In this document: one piece after another, positions 60,520-64,000 of the stretch | How the letters are laid out: the number at the start of each line of letters is the position of its first letter | Position numbering within the stretch: position 1 is the first letter of the stretch | From: Mactra antiquata | Lineage: Eukaryota | DNA length: 64,000 bases | Direction: 5' to 3' | NCBI GenBank assembly: GCA_047288015.1 | Contig: CM103826.1 | Coordinates: 3,917,510-3,981,509, forward strand | Program-made: the position numbers and the translations under genes | Notes under the pieces: generated by a model | Databases searched by the model: none | What the model was told of the DNA's origin: nothing | What the model saw: only the letters and a program-made list of their open reading frames with translations

Positions 60520-60765
60520 ATCATATCGCGGCGGTCAGTCGACCTACACACAGTCCTTGGAGGAACTTAGATCTCTAGACCAAAGCTGTAATCAGTATTA
60601 AACACATGCCGTCGCCAGTGATTGCAACTGGCCTACTTGATACAGCGGTAGCAGGGAGAATGGTCGTAGTAATTATTTATAGCAAAACTCCATGTAGGCC
60701 TGGCACGGGAATCGAACATACGATCCCTGAATTGAGTCACCACGGACTTAGCTAAGCGGGTGGGC
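60520..60765 (-). mobile_element. SINE family C copy (minus).
   Basis: Reverse complement from tail tcatatcgcggcggtcagtcgacc to head ..gcttagctaagcgggtgggc. Confidence 0.8.
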
Positions 60766-63419
60766 ATAACTGTAGTGAAAATCGTCTTCAGTTGTAGTTA
60801 TGGATAGTTGTATATAATCCATGTGTCTCTATTGAGTAGGCATGTCAATCGTGAATAGGTCGTAATATGTGTTCATTTATATACATTGAGTCTGTCCATT
60901 AAAATAGAATTGGTACATTGAGTTGAACTTGAGAAGACTACTAAATGGAAATTTCTCTAATAACTCATCTTTATATAGTTTCTTTGAAACCACAGTATTG
61001 TTACAAGTTTTAAAATCACGTATAACATTTAATGTCATTTAAGTTTGATGTTCAAGTGGTACCATGTGTGTTTGTCGGTTGTTCCGTAGATAAAAAGATT
61101 TCTCAACCGAATATCTACTGCGCAGCAACATACAGATACATTTTAACATCGTATGGGGTCAACCTTTTTGATAGTGGTTATTTTCATACTGTAGTGTCTC
61201 TTAAAACAGGGGCACCATTAGTGTCAAAACTTTGAATGTTTAATGGGGGTGTCTGGATTAAAAAAACTGTCGTTTTCCATACAATGTTATGAACGTCTGT
61301 ACACTTGATCCTTGTAGGATCTCTCCATGTATATATACATGTATATTTACTAATATTTGATTAGTACATTACAAATAGGGGTTCTATTCTAATTTGGTTC
61401 ATTAAGGAATGCTACATGTATACTTTAATACAAGAATACTAGACCTACCAGTTTTACAACTAATATGTTCATTTTCATTTGGTTGCCATGGCAACCAATG
61501 TCAACCAGCGTACTTAGTTATGAAAAATAATCTGAGAGTGAAACACCTTGGTAACATTTTTATGTTAAAATTGTTGCGATAGTTTACATGTATTAAGAAA
61601 CCGATTAAGTTACTCAATTTTCATGCAAAAGGGAGTTAATAGCCACCAACCTTTATAACTAACGAGCGTGTCCTGATATATCAAATTATTTTTAAACTTT
61701 AAATTTCTACCTTCCAAAGTAATTATATACCTCTATCTCCAACCAAACGCAAGCTAGAAAATGATTATGCATTAAGTACGTATTATCAAATCTGTTAGTA
61801 TGAAAGGAGCATTCAAGGGCCGGGATTCAAACCCACAATGCTATGTGCATGCATTGTCATTTCCTTATTTTCATAAAAACAGTGTTTTAAAAGGTATAGT
61901 ACTCGAAATTATTTAATTAGTGACTATAAGTATTTAGATCAACATTAGCATATTTTACATGACATTATTAAGTTTAAAGCGTCAGTGGGATATTTTACCC
62001 CACCCACTTTACAAGTCTTGTATATGAAATCTGGTGTAAACTTTCTGTACGAATTTTATATCAACATAAAGATAACTACCAGGATATGTTTTCTGTGAAG
62101 TGTAAATGATCAGAAATAAGAAGCAAAAAGAAATTGGATGGTTTACTTCGATAGTTCGCCCCTTCCTATCCTAAACATCTTGGCTACTTTTGTCTTCTTA
62201 TTACCAATTATTAGTCTGAGAGCTTGTTACTGCTCATAAAATGACATTAAATGAAAGAACTATCTCCCAGCTTTATTTTGATACCATATTGAATGTTTTA
62301 GACTAATAATTAATAAAGATATGGTGAGGTATAGCAAACATGTATCCGAACTGCACTCATTTGACCTTTGACCTAATTTGTGACCTTCATTGGGACTTTC
62401 ACGCTTGGCATCCAGCCAAACTATATGCAGACCCTATTGACAAATACAGATATCATACTCTAACATTCCTACTCTTTCATGCCATGGACCATGAAAAACA
62501 AGCCAATTTTTCCCTATAGGATTCCAGACTATATGAAGAATTTTACCAAAATGACTCAAATTACAATGTAATTTTTACACAAATAGGCCCAATCATTTTG
62601 GTTTTCCTGGAATCACAATGTACAATAATTATAAATATATTAAATATCATTCAACAGAGAAAACAACCTTTTTAAACTGTTTATTTTTTAACAAAATTAA
62701 TTTAAAATCACAACATCAAATCAAACGTACAATTTTTCGATAAAAAGAAATATTTACTTACTTTTATTCCAAAGTTATTCTCAAGGATTGCACAATTGGT
62801 AATCTGTCAGTATCGGAAGATTTCTGGAAACTGAAAGTCGTCACTGTGACATTTGTTTATTTATAACCACATGTGATATCAGAATCTTTTCTATTTTTAG
62901 AAATTGGACAGGAAGTTAATTTCGGTACGGACGAAATAATTCTAAATCATTGCGTGTAACGGAAATGTTGATGTCATCACATGCAGTTTATAGGTTCATG
63001 GCACATGGAAAAACAATGTAGATTAATATCCTCTCCTCGTGATAGTTATCACACGTAATTAAGCAAAATTAAGTGCCTTAGACAATAGCAGGAAAATGAA
63101 AATATTCATCCCAAATAAGAATTGCATTTAATTAATCCAAGGAGGGTCCATGATTAATCATGGATTTTATATCTAGAGATTTCTTGAATTCACTTGGTGC
63201 AATGATGATTCTAGTGGCCAATCAGAGACATACATGTAGATAAATCATCTATATCTCTGACTCTTCTACTTGCAAGTGAGACCAAAATGTAATTTCTCTA
63301 GCAGAGTAAAAAATGCATAAATTGTACTTTCAGAAGGGTTAGAGTAGTTCACTGCAATCAGTTGTATAACGATTCTAAACTGATAAACAGACTTCAAATA
63401 TTGGATCTAAAACTATGGT

Positions 63420-63640
63420 TAATTTTGCCGTGGCACAGTAGATTTCAAATCCTTAAATACCAGGTTCGATCCCCTGTCGAGGCAGGTCATGAAAATTTGA
63501 TAATTAATATCCATTTTCCCTGGAGAGTGAGTTGTCAGCTCCTTGCAGAAGGGTAATTAAAGCATTACTGGTAAAAGAAGATAGTCAAGGAAATGCTATA
63601 GTTAGGTGAGCCCACCGTTGAACAAGAATCCAGCAATCAC
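63420..63640 (+). mobile_element. SINE family B-like copy.
   Basis: tRNA-like head ..ccaggttcgatcccctgtcgaggcaggtcatgaaaatt followed by ..ccttgcagaagggtaa..actggtaaaagaag..gttaggtgagcccaccg. Confidence 0.6.
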
Positions 63641-64000
63641 CAAAGGTTATCAAAGTTCCTCACAGGCTGGTGTAAGTGAATTACCATGATTATAGACATA
63701 TAATTTAAGTTTTGGTCAAGGGAATTGAATGATAAATGTTCCAGAGACATAGTGACGATGCTTTCAAACAATAATTCATCAGACAAAATTGATTCAACCA
63801 AACCTATACTTTTGAATTACTGTGTTTTGACTATACAATAAGTATTTGGTTATGTCCAACTAAACACTGCATAATGTCTACAGTTCGGACATTCTCATCT
63901 GCATGGCTCTTAGATAAGTTTATAGGCCTATGTCATCTGTTCTTCTTTCACCAACAACCTTAGCATAACCCTGCCTTTAACCCTATGACTGCATTTTAAA

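Noticed and set aside
1-64000. Prokaryotic-style annotation using the six-frame ORF track (short ORFs read as genes; tandem repeats read as CRISPR).
   Set aside because: There is no ORF over 160 codons. Coding signal appears only in 70-320 bp blocks bounded by AG/GT with consistent phase. The window is full of tRNA-derived SINEs and MITEs and is AT-rich, which is a eukaryotic nuclear layout. The tandem repeats have no unique spacers or leader, so they are not CRISPR.

Overview
This is eukaryotic (invertebrate metazoan, possibly molluscan) nuclear DNA: AT-rich, with short spliced exons, many tRNA-derived SINEs, MITEs and satellites, and no prokaryote-style long ORFs. I could assemble three multi-exon genes by hand from GT/AG splice sites with intron phase tracked across every junction.

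- **Gene 1 (+ strand, 832..23049, 5' exon outside the window):** about 19 coding exons encoding a large GH81-family endo-1,3-beta-glucanase. GH81 signatures present are FYNDHHFHLGYFIYAAG, YFPVVRHMDMYTGFSWASG and QEESASE. It carries an N-terminal CBM39-like (insect betaGRP N-domain-like) module and Thr/Pro-rich linkers.
- **Gene 2 (+ strand, 31244..41359):** a complete 12-exon, 495-aa gene with a signal peptide, the same CBM39-like module, a Thr/Pro linker and a GH16 beta-1,3-glucanase domain. The catalytic motif GEIDIVE is intact.
- **Gene 3 (- strand, 54366..47000):** an 8-exon, 547-aa SLC22-family (organic cation/anion transporter-like) MFS transporter, convergent with gene 2.

The main finding is a tandem pair of beta-1,3-glucanases from two unrelated GH families (GH81 and GH16) that share paralogous exons for the same CBM39-like glucan-binding module.

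Introns and intergenic DNA contain at least three tRNA-derived SINE families, two TA-flanked/TIR MITE families, a small palindromic MITE, several minisatellites and satellites (one of which duplicates a splice acceptor), and coding-region repeat expansions.
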